The notes under the pieces: model-generated
What the model saw: only the letters and a program-made list of their open reading frames with translations
What the model was told of the DNA's origin: nothing
The model's database searches: none
Shown: in pieces, positions 20,291-30,559 of the stretch
Numbering within the stretch: position 1 is the first letter of the stretch
Layout: every line of letters starts with the position of its first letter
Made by a program: the position numbers and the translations under genes
From: a virus
Virus record (IMG/VR): IMGVR_UViG_3300029251_000054
Coordinates: 1 to 31,398 of that record
Reading direction: 5' to 3' (one strand)
DNA length: 31,398 nucleotides

Positions 20291-20815
20291 ATGGCTTGTT
20301 TAATAACTATCGCTGGTATTACCCTGGATTGCGAATCTTCGCTTGGTGGTATCAAACAGGTATGGATTACTCAGTACGATAATGTTAAGAGTGTAACTGT
20401 AGATGATGAGACTAATCAAATCTCAGCTATTACTCTTGAGGCAGATGCTAAATGGTATAATTACCAATTCCGCAAAGGTACTGGTTCTCTAACCTCAACA
20501 TTGAACGTTGACGAAACTGCAGGAACCAACTATGTAAGTAATGAGCTTGCTCTTGTATTTACAAAGATGGAGACTAAGAAAAGAATCGAGATTGCTGCTC
20601 TTTCTATTGGACAACTTGTAGTTGTTGTAGAAGATTCTAATGGCAAATACTGGTTCTTAGGAAAAGATGACTATGTAAGCGCTTCCGCTGGTACGGGTGT
20701 TACTGGTACTGCAAAAGGTGATCAGAACGCTTATACGCTGACTTTAGCTACTGACTCTGAATCATATCCTTATGAGTTGAGTGCTGAAGCTATTCAAAGT
20801 GTTGTAGGTGCTTAA
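20291..20815 (+). CDS. Putative major tail (tube) protein, 174 aa
   Basis: It is a short, beta-rich, Gly/Thr-rich protein (..VVVVEDSNGKYWFLGKDDYVSASAGTGVTGTAKGDQNAYTLTLATDSE..). Its composition resembles the high-expression capsid gene. A strong terminator follows. A head decoration protein is the alternative. Confidence 0.5.
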   Translation: MACLITIAGITLDCESSLGGIKQVWITQYDNVKSVTVDDETNQISAITLEADAKWYNYQFRKGTGSLTSTLNVDETAGTNYVSNELALVFTKMETKKRIEIAALSIGQLVVVVEDSNGKYWFLGKDDYVSASAGTGVTGTAKGDQNAYTLTLATDSESYPYELSAEAIQSVVGA

Positions 20816-20824
20816 CAACAGAAG

Positions 20825-20858
20825 AGGGGCGAGTATTAATTTACTTGCCCCTTATTTT
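20825..20858 (+). terminator. Strong rho-independent terminator after the capsid/tail-tube genes
   Basis: The stem aggggcgagta (20825-20835) pairs with tacttgcccct (20842-20852), including one G:U pair. The loop is ttaatt and tattttg follows. Confidence 0.75.
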
Positions 20859-20898
20859 GTTTATGGACAGATAATTAACTATTTATATTTTATAGAAA

Positions 20899-20988
20899 AT
20901 GGCTATTAAATATACAACACCAGAAGTGGCAAAATTATCAGAAGAACAGAAAGCAATAGCTACTAATAAAAACTGAGTATTAGCGTAA
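20899..20988 (+). CDS. 29-aa remnant homologous to the C-terminal tail of the LRR proteins
   Basis: MAIKYTTPEVAKLSEEQKAIATNKN-W-VLA aligns with the last ~25 aa of 23447..24307 (..SLTEEQKSQITSKGWSITY) and 25666..26634 (..ALTEEQKALATSKNWTLASA). A TAG lies immediately upstream in frame. TGA is at 20974-20976. Confidence 0.45.
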
Positions 20989-21209
20989 TGGAACATTTAC
21001 ATATTGAAACTAGCATATTTATAAAGTTATACTCTGATGAAGGATATTTTATCACTTCATATAAAGAAGGTGATGATATTAAAGAGTATAGTGCATCAAC
21101 TATTTTATATTGCCCTTTAACCTTTGATATATCTATTTATAGGGTTATTGATGCAGAAACAAATGAAAGATATTTAAAAGAACAAGAGGAATCTTATAAA
21201 AATAAATAA
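20988..21209 (+). CDS. Small conserved protein (73 aa), paralog of 24309..24545
   Basis: The shared core is EGY(F/V)(I/L)T(S/N)YKEG.DIK.YS......CPL. Both copies sit immediately upstream of a fibre gene. It may be a fibre assembly factor. Confidence 0.6.
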   Translation: MEHLHIETSIFIKLYSDEGYFITSYKEGDDIKEYSASTILYCPLTFDISIYRVIDAETNERYLKEQEESYKNK

Positions 21210-21210
21210 T

Positions 21211-23445
21211 ATGGCAAACGAAACTGAAAAGACAATTCTTCCTTATCTTAATGTCCTTGAAGTCGAAACAATAGATAAGTCAAATGTGACTAAAGTTATT
21301 GTTATTGACAAGGATGATGAAGTTAAGGTTATGGATGGTTCTCAGTTAGCTACTAATAGCTATTTTGATCTTCAGGATAAACCTGAGATCAATGGTATTG
21401 AGTTAAATGGTAATATGACTTCAGAAGAGTTGGGATTAGCGTCATCTGAAGATATTGTTACTATTAATTCTGAGTTAGAGCAAATAAAGAGTACTATTCC
21501 AAGTGCTGAAAATATTGATAATCAGATAACTGAACGATTAGCTGATTATCCAACTAAAGAAGAGGTTACAACTGAAATTTCAGATGCAGTTGCCAATAAA
21601 GCCGATAAATCTGAGATACCAACAAAAACTTCACAATTAACTAATGATAGTGGGTTTATTAGTAGCTTAGATGGATATGCTACTGAAAAATGAGTTGAAG
21701 ATAATTATCTTACAAAAGAAGCTACTGAAAGTGCATTAAATTCTAAACAGAATAAATTAAACCAAGGTGATGGTATAGTAATTGAAGAGAATACTATTTC
21801 TGCAGATTATAATACTATTCGTAACATACCATCTTTAAATGGAACTGAATTATCTGGAGCAGCTTCAATCGTACCTGCCATTAATATTCAATCAGTCCCA
21901 TCTAAAGTTACTTTAGCTCCTGTATTTGGTAATCAAACTGGAGAAGCAGTTGAACTTCCAATATATAATACAGAGACTAACCAAGCTGGTATTGTTAATG
22001 GTCCTCTATATGCACAATTAGCAGATAAATATACCAAAGCTGAAATTGATGCTTTAAATACAGCTATTAATAAAGAGATAGCTTCAAAACAGGAAACGCT
22101 TACAGCAGGAAAGAATATATCTATTATAGATAATGTAATCTCTGCTTTTGAGAATCATTTCTTACTTAATTTAGATGAGAATGATCCTGTAAGACAGAAA
22201 CATATCTATGACTTTATTAGAACTAATCTGGACTTCTATTTATTCTGCCAGATTACATATAAAGGTGATATTATAGTTATTCCTGTTGCAACTATTGAGC
22301 ATCCCGAAACTATTGATTTATATGGCTATTATTTCCAAGATAATGATGTATTAGTAGTTATTAATGCAATCTTAGTAAATAATGGTAATATGACTGTTAA
22401 AGTTACTGAGGTTGATCTTACTAATAAAGGATATACTAAAGAAGAAGTAGATGCCAAACTTGAGGAAAAACAAGGAGTATTTGCTCCTCAAGCTCCATTA
22501 GCTTTTAATGGAGATAAGACTCAGTTATCTGTAGATTTATCTGGATACCAACCAGTTGGTGATTATGCAACTAACGATTCAGTTAATGAGGAAATTGAGA
22601 CTCTAAGATCTTCTTTACAAAGTAAGATTGATGCAAAACAAGATAAAGGAGATTATGCTTTAAAGAGTGATATTCCAACTAAAGTTAGTGAGCTTACTAA
22701 TGATTCTAACTTTGTAACTGAAACAGAGGTTTCTGGAGATTTAGCAGGTAAAGCAGATAAGACTTATGTTGATGAGCAGCTTGCTACTAAACAGCCTGTA
22801 GGAGATTATGCAACAAAAACAGAACTTGCTAACAAAGCAGATTCTTCTGTAGTAGAATCTCTATCTACTCAAGTAGCAACTAATACTTCAGATATATCAA
22901 TTATTAAAACAAAACAAGAAGAAGATGGAGATAAGATAGATGCTCTTGATAAAGAGATGGCTACTAAGCAAGATTTACTTGTAAGTGGTACTAATATTAA
23001 AACAATCAATAGTCAGTCTTTACTTGGAGAAGGTAATATATTAATCAATAGGGGTTCTGATATTCCTTTCTTATTCATAAATTCTTCGACTCATATTTCT
23101 GGAAATTTTTCTGCTGTTAAGAATGCTATTGCTCATAAAAGACCATTTGAGCTTTATTATGTAAATATTCTAGGTTATGATGATATAGCAGCTCCAGAAG
23201 TATGTTTTGTTTCAGGAGAAACTATTCAAGCTACTTTCCATTTTGAAAGTACTACAGCTAATCATACTATAGCGCAGACTACTATTACTCCTACTGGTGT
23301 AACTGCTGCAACTAGTTTTCACAGTTATGTTGGTTCTGGAACTGGAACTCAGCCTCAAATAAATACTATTACAGTTCTAACTCAAGCAGAGTATGATAGA
23401 TTATCTACTAAAGATCCTAATACCCAATATTTAATAATAGAATAA
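21211..23445 (+). CDS. Tail fibre protein 1 (744 aa, code 4)
   Basis: Track ORFs 21211..21693 and 22390..23445 share one frame. The 696-nt gap, checked codon by codon, contains only TGA 21691-21693. Repeated fibre-shaft motifs are present (IPTK(T/V)S(Q/E)LTNDS(G/N)F, (P/K)(V/G)GDYA(T/L)K, KADKS). Confidence 0.8.
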
Positions 23446-23446
23446 T

Positions 23447-24307
23447 ATGAATATTAGAGATGATTTAAAAGCATTTTATGTAGGTGACAGACGAGGTACT
23501 GCTATTTATGTTGGCAGTACCAAAGTCTGGCCTACCAGTATTTGCTCCCCTATAGTATTTAAAAGTAATGATTTTAAGCAATTAGTTATAGATAATATAT
23601 TTCCAGGACAGGCTGAAATTACTGATTGTGATGCAAATACTGTAGATACTTGATATGTTAAAGGTAGTGGTAGTGGTATATTTTACAGTTTATTTGAAAG
23701 TATTCTTATTGAAGATGCATCTGATATGGTGTATTTTCCAAACGCAAATAAAGGAGCAGCAAATGGTTTATTTTATGGGTGTACAAATTTAAAAATAATT
23801 CCTAATATACTATCGAATTTCGCACATTTTGGACAAACATTTCAATTATGCTCATCGTTAGTATCTGTACCAGATATTAATAATACACAAGCTATTAATT
23901 ATTATAATATGTTTGACGGATGTTCATCTTTAAAAACTGCTCCTAATATAAATATGGATAATGCCATAGATGTTGAGTATATGTTTAGGGGATGTATCAG
24001 TTTAGAATCCGTTCCATTGTATAATGCAGAAAACTGGCAAAATTACCGAAATATATTTGATTCTGGGCCTTTTTCTTATTTGACAGATTTAGGAGGGTTT
24101 ACTAATATAGGTAAGAGTACCAAAGTGGACATATTAAATTTATCAAATTTACCTGCATTAACAAATCAATCAATAAATAATGTTATAGATGGATTATATG
24201 CTACAGATGAAAATTTGATTATTAAATTTCATCAAACTGTGTATAACTCATTAACAGAAGAGCAAAAATCACAAATCACCAGTAAAGGCTGGTCAATAAC
24301 ATATTAG
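23447..24307 (+). CDS. BspA/DUF285-type leucine-rich-repeat protein 1 (286 aa, code 4), a candidate receptor-binding protein
   Basis: Track ORFs 23447..23653 and 23726..24307 are joined through TGA 23651-23653. It has tandem F.GC.SL repeats (LFYGCTNLKIIP, FQLCSSLVSVP, MFDGCSSLKTAP, MFRGCISLESVP). Confidence 0.75.
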
Positions 24308-24308
24308 T

Positions 24309-24545
24309 ATGAAAATTGAAATTAAAGAAAAATATAAAGTAGTTAGTCCAGAAGAAGGTTATGTACTTACTAACTATAAAGAAGGAATGGATATTAAAAC
24401 ATATAGTTCATTTACTGAATGCATCTGTCCTTTAAGTTGTAATTTAGAGCATCTATCAGAAATCTCTTTAGATAAGGATGCTGAATACAAAGAATTAGCT
24501 ATTAAAGCTTCTAAAGAGTATGAGGAATCAATAAAAGTTAGATAA
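24309..24545 (+). CDS. Small conserved protein (78 aa), paralog of 20988..21209
   Basis: Intact track ORF. EGYVLTNYKEGMDIKTYSSFTECICPL aligns with EGYFITSYKEGDDIKEYSASTILYCPL. Confidence 0.6.
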   Translation: MKIEIKEKYKVVSPEEGYVLTNYKEGMDIKTYSSFTECICPLSCNLEHLSEISLDKDAEYKELAIKASKEYEESIKVR

Positions 24546-24547
24546 TT

Positions 24548-25150
24548 ATGATTATACTTAAAAATACTAAAAACACACAAACTTTCTATGTAAGTAAGAA
24601 ATGTGGAATTGAATCTGGACAACTTCCTGTTGGTTCTTATACTAAGATTGAATCAGATGAAAGATTCCAGCCTAAAGGTAATTACATTTCCGAAGAGAAA
24701 GCAGAAGAGTTAATTAATACTAAAGTAACAGAAAGTATTGAAGATCAAGTTCCTCCTTTAGTAGATCAATCTATAGATGCTAAGCTTGTGCCAATTAATA
24801 CTGAGATTACTAATCTTAAAGGGGAAGTTGAGGAGTTAGAAACTTCTAAAATGGAAGTATTTCAAGCAAATCAACCTCTATCTTTACATAGAAATGGAGA
24901 AGGTCTGCAATTATCTGTAGATTTAAGTAACTATGCAACTAAAGCAGAAATTCCTGATATTAGTGATTTTGCTACTAAAGAAGAAGTTGCACTTAAAGCA
25001 GATAAAAGTGAGTTATCTAATTATGTAACTACAGAGGCATATAATACAAAGATGACAGAGTTAGATGGAGAAATCTCAGCAATTAAAGCTCAGATTGGTA
25101 ATATTTCAACTACTCTTGATACAATTAATGGTGAAATTCCAAATGAATAG
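24548..25150 (+). CDS. Tail fibre protein 2 (200 aa), a short paralog of fibre 1
   Basis: It shares ..[40 protein letters not shown].. with fibre 1 (..TQLSVDLSGYQPVGDYATN.., KADKSEIPTK). It ends in TAG, 8 nt into the HNH gene. Confidence 0.7.
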   Translation: MIILKNTKNTQTFYVSKKCGIESGQLPVGSYTKIESDERFQPKGNYISEEKAEELINTKVTESIEDQVPPLVDQSIDAKLVPINTEITNLKGEVEELETSKMEVFQANQPLSLHRNGEGLQLSVDLSNYATKAEIPDISDFATKEEVALKADKSELSNYVTTEAYNTKMTELDGEISAIKAQIGNISTTLDTINGEIPNE

Positions 25151-25664
25151 AGTATTAACAAATTATCCTAACTATAGTGTATCTTCTACAGGAGATGTAT
25201 ATAGTAACCCATTGACTTTTAAAGATTCTATTGGAAGAACCAGAAAACAAATACATAAAAAGCTAAAACAGCATATAGATAAATATGGCTATAATTATGT
25301 AATTCTAGTATCTGGCTTAGATAAACCTAAAGCTATTAAAGTTCACAGACTAGTAGCAGAAGCATTTATTCCAAATCCTGACAATCTACCATATGTTAAC
25401 CATATAAATGAAAATAAGACAGATAATAGGGTAGAAAATTTAGAATGATGTGATGCAAAGTATAATAATACATATGGAACTAGAATAAATAGATGTATTG
25501 ATAAAATTAGTAAACCTGTAGGGCTATTTATTAATGATTTACTAGTTAAAACATATAAAAATGCAATTGAAACATCAATAGATGGGTATACTCATAGTAG
25601 AGTTATAGATTGTCTTAAAGGAAGAACAGACACTTATAAAGGGGTAAAATTTAAATATATCTAA
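25143..25664 (+). CDS. HNH homing endonuclease #3 (173 aa, code 4)
   Basis: ATG 25143 lies within track ORF 25065..25448. The motif [20 protein letters not shown] carries TGA at 25446-25448. The frame continues to TAA 25662-25664. Confidence 0.85.
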
Positions 25665-25665
25665 T

Positions 25666-26634
25666 ATGGCAAATACAATTTCTGATAAATTAGAGTATCT
25701 TGAAGGCACTAAGAGTGCTATTAAAGATGCTATTATAGCTAAAGGTGTAGCTGTTGAGGATACTGCAACCTTTAGAAGTTATGCAGAAAAGATTGGGGAA
25801 ATATCTGGAGGTGGAGGAGGTAAAATTGATTTATCTAAATTTCCTTTATCAATAGGATATAGTGATATCACTAAGTTTAGAGATGGTGGTGAAGCTAAAT
25901 TAGGGGATTTGTTTGTACTAAATAAGTCAAGCTGAGAGTCTTTTTTTAATGGATGTTATGCTACTAGAGATGCTGAATTCACTTTTGATTGCCAAGGTAA
26001 AACCGCTGATTATTTGTTTGCTGCAAACCGAGATCCTAGTTATATAACAAAAATAACATTATTAAATGTGGGGGATCAGGGCATTAGTCTATTTGAAAAT
26101 CAAACGCAATTAGTCGAAATAGATGCCGATTTACATTTAATTAATTACTCTAATGTATTTAAATATTGTAGAAGCCTAAAAGTTCTACCTAGACTTGATT
26201 TCTTTAATTCTGTACAAAATGAATTTACTTTTTCAAACTGTAGTAGCTTAGAAGAAATTCCTGATATAACTTGTAAAAGTGCTCCTAATAGTTCATTGAT
26301 GTTTGAAAATTGTACATCATTAAAACGTTTAGGTAAAATTACAATAAGTGATTTACAGCCATTCTCACAATCTGCGTTTGGTTATACTTGATCTAGCTCT
26401 TATTATTTAAATAACTTAACAGATTTTGGTGGTGTAACTACACCACATAACTTGTATTTGAATAATCTTCCTGCACTTACATCTCAGTCGGTCGATAATG
26501 TTCTAGAAGCAGTATCAGATTTAACTGGAACTTCTACCCAAACTATTACATTTAATTCTACGGTTTATGCAGCTCTTACAGAAGAGCAAAAAGCTTTAGC
26601 TACATCCAAGAACTGGACATTAGCTTCTGCATAG
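25666..26634 (+). CDS. BspA/DUF285-type leucine-rich-repeat protein 2 (322 aa, code 4)
   Basis: Track ORFs 25666..25935, 26014..26391 and 26452..26634 share one frame, joined through TGA 25933 and 26389. It has F.(N/G)C.SL repeats (FFNGCYAT, FKYCRSLKVLP, FSNCSSLEEIP, FENCTSLKRLG). The C-terminal tail is shared with LRR protein 1. Confidence 0.75.
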
Positions 26635-26640
26635 TAAATT

Positions 26641-26667
26641 TAGGGAGATTTTATTCTCCCTATTTTT
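26641..26667 (+). terminator. Rho-independent terminator after the fibre/LRR module
   Basis: The stem tagggaga (26641-26648) pairs with tctcccta (26655-26662). The loop is ttttat and TTTTT follows at 26663-26667. Confidence 0.7.
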
Positions 26668-26741
26668 ATGTTAATACATATACATAGTCTTTTATATTTT
26701 AAGAAAAAGATATGTAAATTAATGTAAAACTATTGCAAAAT

Positions 26742-27134
26742 ATGAATTATTCAATATTAATGCAGAATACTATTACTAAAGAAGTTTATGTATATAACTT
26801 AGAAAATCAGAATTATGCTGAAAATATCTACTATAAGTTTGATATTACATTATCTGATGATATGCCTGATGGTGAATATCAGTATATTCTGTTTAGTAAC
26901 CCAAATAAACTTGAAGTAATTGTAGATGTAAATAATCCTATGCAGTCAGAGCTATATGGTAATCCAGTTATTCTGGTAACTTATGAAAATACTCTTACTA
27001 CAGGAACACAGATATTAGTTGCTGGTAAACCTATACCTGTATTGAGTTCAGGACTAATAAGAGTTGGAGATTATCAGAATAATAAATACCAATACGATAA
27101 ACAAAACAAATATATGGCTTATGAGCGAAAATAA
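26742..27134 (+). CDS. Hypothetical protein (130 aa) upstream of the portal gene
   Basis: First ATG in track ORF 26733..27134 (the track start is TTG). It has no TGA and overlaps the portal start by 14 nt. Confidence 0.55.
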   Translation: MNYSILMQNTITKEVYVYNLENQNYAENIYYKFDITLSDDMPDGEYQYILFSNPNKLEVIVDVNNPMQSELYGNPVILVTYENTLTTGTQILVAGKPIPVLSSGLIRVGDYQNNKYQYDKQNKYMAYERK

Positions 27135-28212
27135 AACAAAAGTACAATTAAGTGCAATTGATCCTGTTGTAGTGTCAAATTTAGTACTTCCTGTAGAATC
27201 GAGAAAAAGGGGTTCTGATTGGATTTCTTGGGGTGAAGATAATCGCTATCCATTATATCTATGGGATTTATACTTAAATGTAGCTACTCTTCAATCTATC
27301 ATTAATGGGACTGCTGACTTTATTGTTGGTAATGATGTTAAATGCAATGCTCCAGGATTTGAAGTAACTGTAAATAAGAAAGGTGAAACTATTATGGATA
27401 TTATGCGTAAAGTATCTAAAGATAAGATGATTTTTGGAGGATATGCTTTACAAATAATTAGAGATATGTTAGGTAGAGTTTCAGAGATCTATTATCTTGA
27501 CTTTATGAAGATTCGTTCTGATGAAAAGAATGAAGTATTCTATTATGCCGATGATTGGTCTGCTTGGTCTATTAAAGCTATCAAATATCCAAAATTTAAT
27601 TATTCAGATGATAATCCTACAAGTGTTGTTTATAATAAGGGCTATATAACAAGAAAAGTATATCCAGTTCCTGTTTATGGTGCAGCTATCCTATCTTGCG
27701 AAACTGAGAAGAATATTAATGAGTTCCATCTAAATTCTCTTCATAACGGATTTATGGGCAATCTTATCATTAACTTTAATAATGGACAGCCTACAGACGA
27801 AGTTAAAGAAGAGATTGAGATGAATATTAATGAGAAATTCTCAGGATTTCAAAATGCTGGTAGAGTTCTTATTTCATATAATGATGATGAGACAAATAAG
27901 ACTACTATTGAGCGTTTAGACTCTGATGATTTTGATGAGAAATATAGTGCTTTATCTGAAAGAACAAGAGAACAGATATTCTGCGCATTTAGAGCTAATA
28001 GTGTACTTTTTGGCCTTAACTACTCAAGTGGATTCAACGAACAAGAATTTAATGAAGCTTTTAAACTTTATAATCGTACAGTAGTTAGACCAATTCAGGT
28101 CGAAATAGTAGATACATTTGATAAGATATTTGGAATGAAAGGTTCAATAACTATAACTCCTTTTAGCTTAACTCCAAATGGACAAGAAGATAGCAAACAA
28201 AATGTTGAATAA
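27121..28212 (+). CDS. Portal protein (363 aa)
   Basis: ATG 27121 (MSENKTKVQ..) lies within track ORF 27064..28212. The size and sequence character fit small siphovirus portals (..FGGYALQIIRD..VSEIYYLDFMKIR.., ..NGFMGNLIINFNNG..). It has no TGA and all Trp codons are TGG. Confidence 0.65.
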   Translation: MSENKTKVQLSAIDPVVVSNLVLPVESRKRGSDWISWGEDNRYPLYLWDLYLNVATLQSIINGTADFIVGNDVKCNAPGFEVTVNKKGETIMDIMRKVSKDKMIFGGYALQIIRDMLGRVSEIYYLDFMKIRSDEKNEVFYYADDWSAWSIKAIKYPKFNYSDDNPTSVVYNKGYITRKVYPVPVYGAAILSCETEKNINEFHLNSLHNGFMGNLIINFNNGQPTDEVKEEIEMNINEKFSGFQNAGRVLISYNDDETNKTTIERLDSDDFDEKYSALSERTREQIFCAFRANSVLFGLNYSSGFNEQEFNEAFKLYNRTVVRPIQVEIVDTFDKIFGMKGSITITPFSLTPNGQEDSKQNVE

Positions 28213-28801
28213 TTATACTGTTTATTGCCATATAAATAAGTATAACAATAAGCTATATTTTGGCATTACTGGACAAAGTGTGCAAGATAGGTGAAAAAAT
28301 GGATATGGATACTCTACTCAAGCTTACTTTTATAAAGCGATACAAAAATATAGCTGAGATGGATTTGAACATATCATAATTAAAGATAATTTACCAGAAA
28401 CTTGTGCTAAGACATTAGAAAGGATATTGATACATAAATATAAAACAAATACTCCTGAAAATGGTTACAATATAACATCAGGAGGAGAAGGTACATACGG
28501 GTATTCTTTTTCTAATGAGAGTAGAGCAAAAATGTCAAATTCTAAAAAAGGTAAAACACCCTGGAATAAAGGAATCTATACTTTGGAAACACTTATTAAA
28601 ATTGGAAATGCTTCCAAAGGACGAATTACTAGAGTTAAGCCTATATTAAGATTTGATATGAATGGGAATTTTATTGCAAGATATAATTCAATGAAAGAAG
28701 CTGTTAAATCAGTTAATGGAGAACGTTCTGGATTATATTTAGCTTTAAAAGAAAATAGACCTTATAAAAACAATAAATTTATTTATGATGGAACAACTTA
28801 A
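28202..28801 (+). CDS. GIY-YIG homing endonuclease #2 (199 aa, code 4), inserted after the portal gene
   Basis: ATG 28202 overlaps the portal 3' end by 11 nt. The N-terminus is YTVYCHINKYNNKLYFGITG. In-frame TGAs lie at 28292 (DR-W-KNGYGY) and 28355 (KYS-W-DGFEH). Only the last 124 aa appear in the track. Confidence 0.85.
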
Positions 28802-29474
28802 CTATAGAAATGTACTGCTTATTTCAGAAGACTATATAAAGTCAAATTCTACATTAGATAACAATATATCGGGTAAATATTTACAAGCAGCCATCACAAG
28901 TGCTCAGGATGTAGAACTTCAGTCAACTATTGGTACTAAGCTATTGGAAGCATTACAAAAGAAATGTATTAATTGGATTGATCCTCATACCCCAGTTCAT
29001 CCAATAGAACCTCCTGAGCCACTTCCAAGTGATTCTATTGATGATTCTGATAACTACAGATATAAAGAGCTATTAGACTATTATGTTCAGCCTTATTTAC
29101 TTTATCAAGTACTTAGCGAGATAGTAATTCCTATATCTTATAAGCTTGGTAATTTTGGAGTTATGAGAACTGATGATGAGAAGGATATTGCTGCTGAAGC
29201 AAGTCAAGTAAATCAAATTAAGAAGTATTATAGAGATAAAGCGGATTTCTTTAAGACTCGTTTACAGGACTTTATAATTACATATTATAATGAATTCCCT
29301 GAGCTTTATACATATAAGCCATTAAAGGATATGTTTCCCAATCTTTACTCTAGCTCATCTTGCAATATTTGGCTTGGTGGAGCAAGAGGTAAAGGATGGA
29401 GCGTTAAACCTGGAGAGGGGCCTCTTCAAAGAGCTTATGATTTCCCTTCAAGTAATAATAAAAAGAGTAAGTAA
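28785..29474 (+). CDS. Putative head-tail connector/head-completion protein (229 aa)
   Basis: Intact track ORF. The N-terminal pattern ..EDYIKSNSTLDNNISGKYLQAAITSAQDVELQSTIGTKLLEAL resembles gp6-like connector families. The position after the portal gene fits. Confidence 0.4.
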   Translation: MMEQLNYRNVLLISEDYIKSNSTLDNNISGKYLQAAITSAQDVELQSTIGTKLLEALQKKCINWIDPHTPVHPIEPPEPLPSDSIDDSDNYRYKELLDYYVQPYLLYQVLSEIVIPISYKLGNFGVMRTDDEKDIAAEASQVNQIKKYYRDKADFFKTRLQDFIITYYNEFPELYTYKPLKDMFPNLYSSSSCNIWLGGARGKGWSVKPGEGPLQRAYDFPSSNNKKSK

Positions 29475-29476
29475 TT

Positions 29477-29902
29477 ATGACCTACTATGAGATAATTAGC
29501 AATTTAAAAGCTTGTGCATTAGAAGAGCCAAACATCAATTTTGTAGGAAGTAAAGATATTTATGAGTTAAATAGCTTACCAACTATTGAGTATAATGTGT
29601 TCTATATAACACCTAATACTTTTAGTGTAGATGAAGATACTATTACTTACTCTTTAAACCTATACTTCGTATCAAGATGGGATGAGACTGATAACAACCA
29701 ATTGGAGGAACAGTCAGCAGGTATGCTTGCACTGCAAAATATAATTAATCGTTTTAATAACCTATATCCAGAAGTTGAAATAGCTTATCCTTTAATTTAT
29801 ACTCCATTCTATCAAAAGTTCAAAGATATTACCTGCGGAGTGTTTGTTAGAGCTGATTTCCAAGTTGACAACACACTGGGTACTTGCACTGATGATATGT
29901 AA
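29477..29902 (+). CDS. Hypothetical structural (neck?) protein, 141 aa
   Basis: Intact track ORF, tightly coupled to its neighbours. The function is inferred from position only. Confidence 0.5.
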   Translation: MTYYEIISNLKACALEEPNINFVGSKDIYELNSLPTIEYNVFYITPNTFSVDEDTITYSLNLYFVSRWDETDNNQLEEQSAGMLALQNIINRFNNLYPEVEIAYPLIYTPFYQKFKDITCGVFVRADFQVDNTLGTCTDDM

Positions 29903-30558
29903 TGGAAAATAAATTAAATTGGTTTGGTAAAGTATTAGAATGGGTTGATAAATATGGATTACTAAAGATATTTAAAGCAGGGATTGGATTAATATTTATA
30001 TCCTATGTAATGGTTATTACACTTAATCCCTCTATTGTTTATAATAAGGTTGTAACCTATATTGAACAAACTCACAATTCTAAAACTATTGCAAGAAATG
30101 AAGCAACTTTGAAGATTAAATATAAACTTAAAGAATTGCTTCAAAGCACAAATGCTGATAGAGCTTGGGTTATTGAATATCATAATGGAACTACTGGATT
30201 AGGAGGACTTCCGTTTACTTATGGAGTAATGAATGCCGAGGAAGTAAAACCAGGAATAAGATCTGTAAGTAGCCATTATAAAGATTTCCTGTTATCTGAC
30301 TATACTTCAATTATAGAGTTTTCTAAGAATGATGGATGGTTTGGTAATATAGATAGTTTAGAAGCAGATGATCCAAGATTATATTATGCATTTAAATCCA
30401 ACAGAGTGAATGAAATAGCAGTATTTTATTTAAAGACTGAGGATAAAGATATTGGCATTTTAGGTTTGTCATTCTGTGATACACCTATGCCTTATGATAC
30501 TTGAGTACATCTAAGAAGAGCTGGAATACAGATAAGTGTAATTTTAAATAAAATATAA
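29902..30558 (+). CDS. N-terminally membrane-anchored protein (218 aa, code 4), first gene of the lysis cluster
   Basis: The track ORF ends at TGA 30502-30504, and the frame continues to TAA 30556-30558. The TM helix is IFKAGIGLIFISYVMVITL. It is followed by a ~150-aa soluble domain (ADRAWVIEYHNGTTGLGGLPFTYG..). Confidence 0.6.
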
Positions 30559-30559
30559 T

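Noticed and set aside
24374-24622. Minus-strand track ORF (82 aa)
   Set aside because: It is antisense to two tightly packed plus-strand genes with paralog support and has no independent evidence.
20899-26634. A diversity-generating retroelement or invertible (shufflon-type) fibre switching
   Set aside because: There is no reverse transcriptase, no template/variable repeat pair with A-specific mismatches, no recombinase or invertase gene, and no flanking inverted repeats.
29989-30183. Minus-strand track ORF (64 aa)
   Set aside because: It is an antisense shadow within gene 29902-30558.
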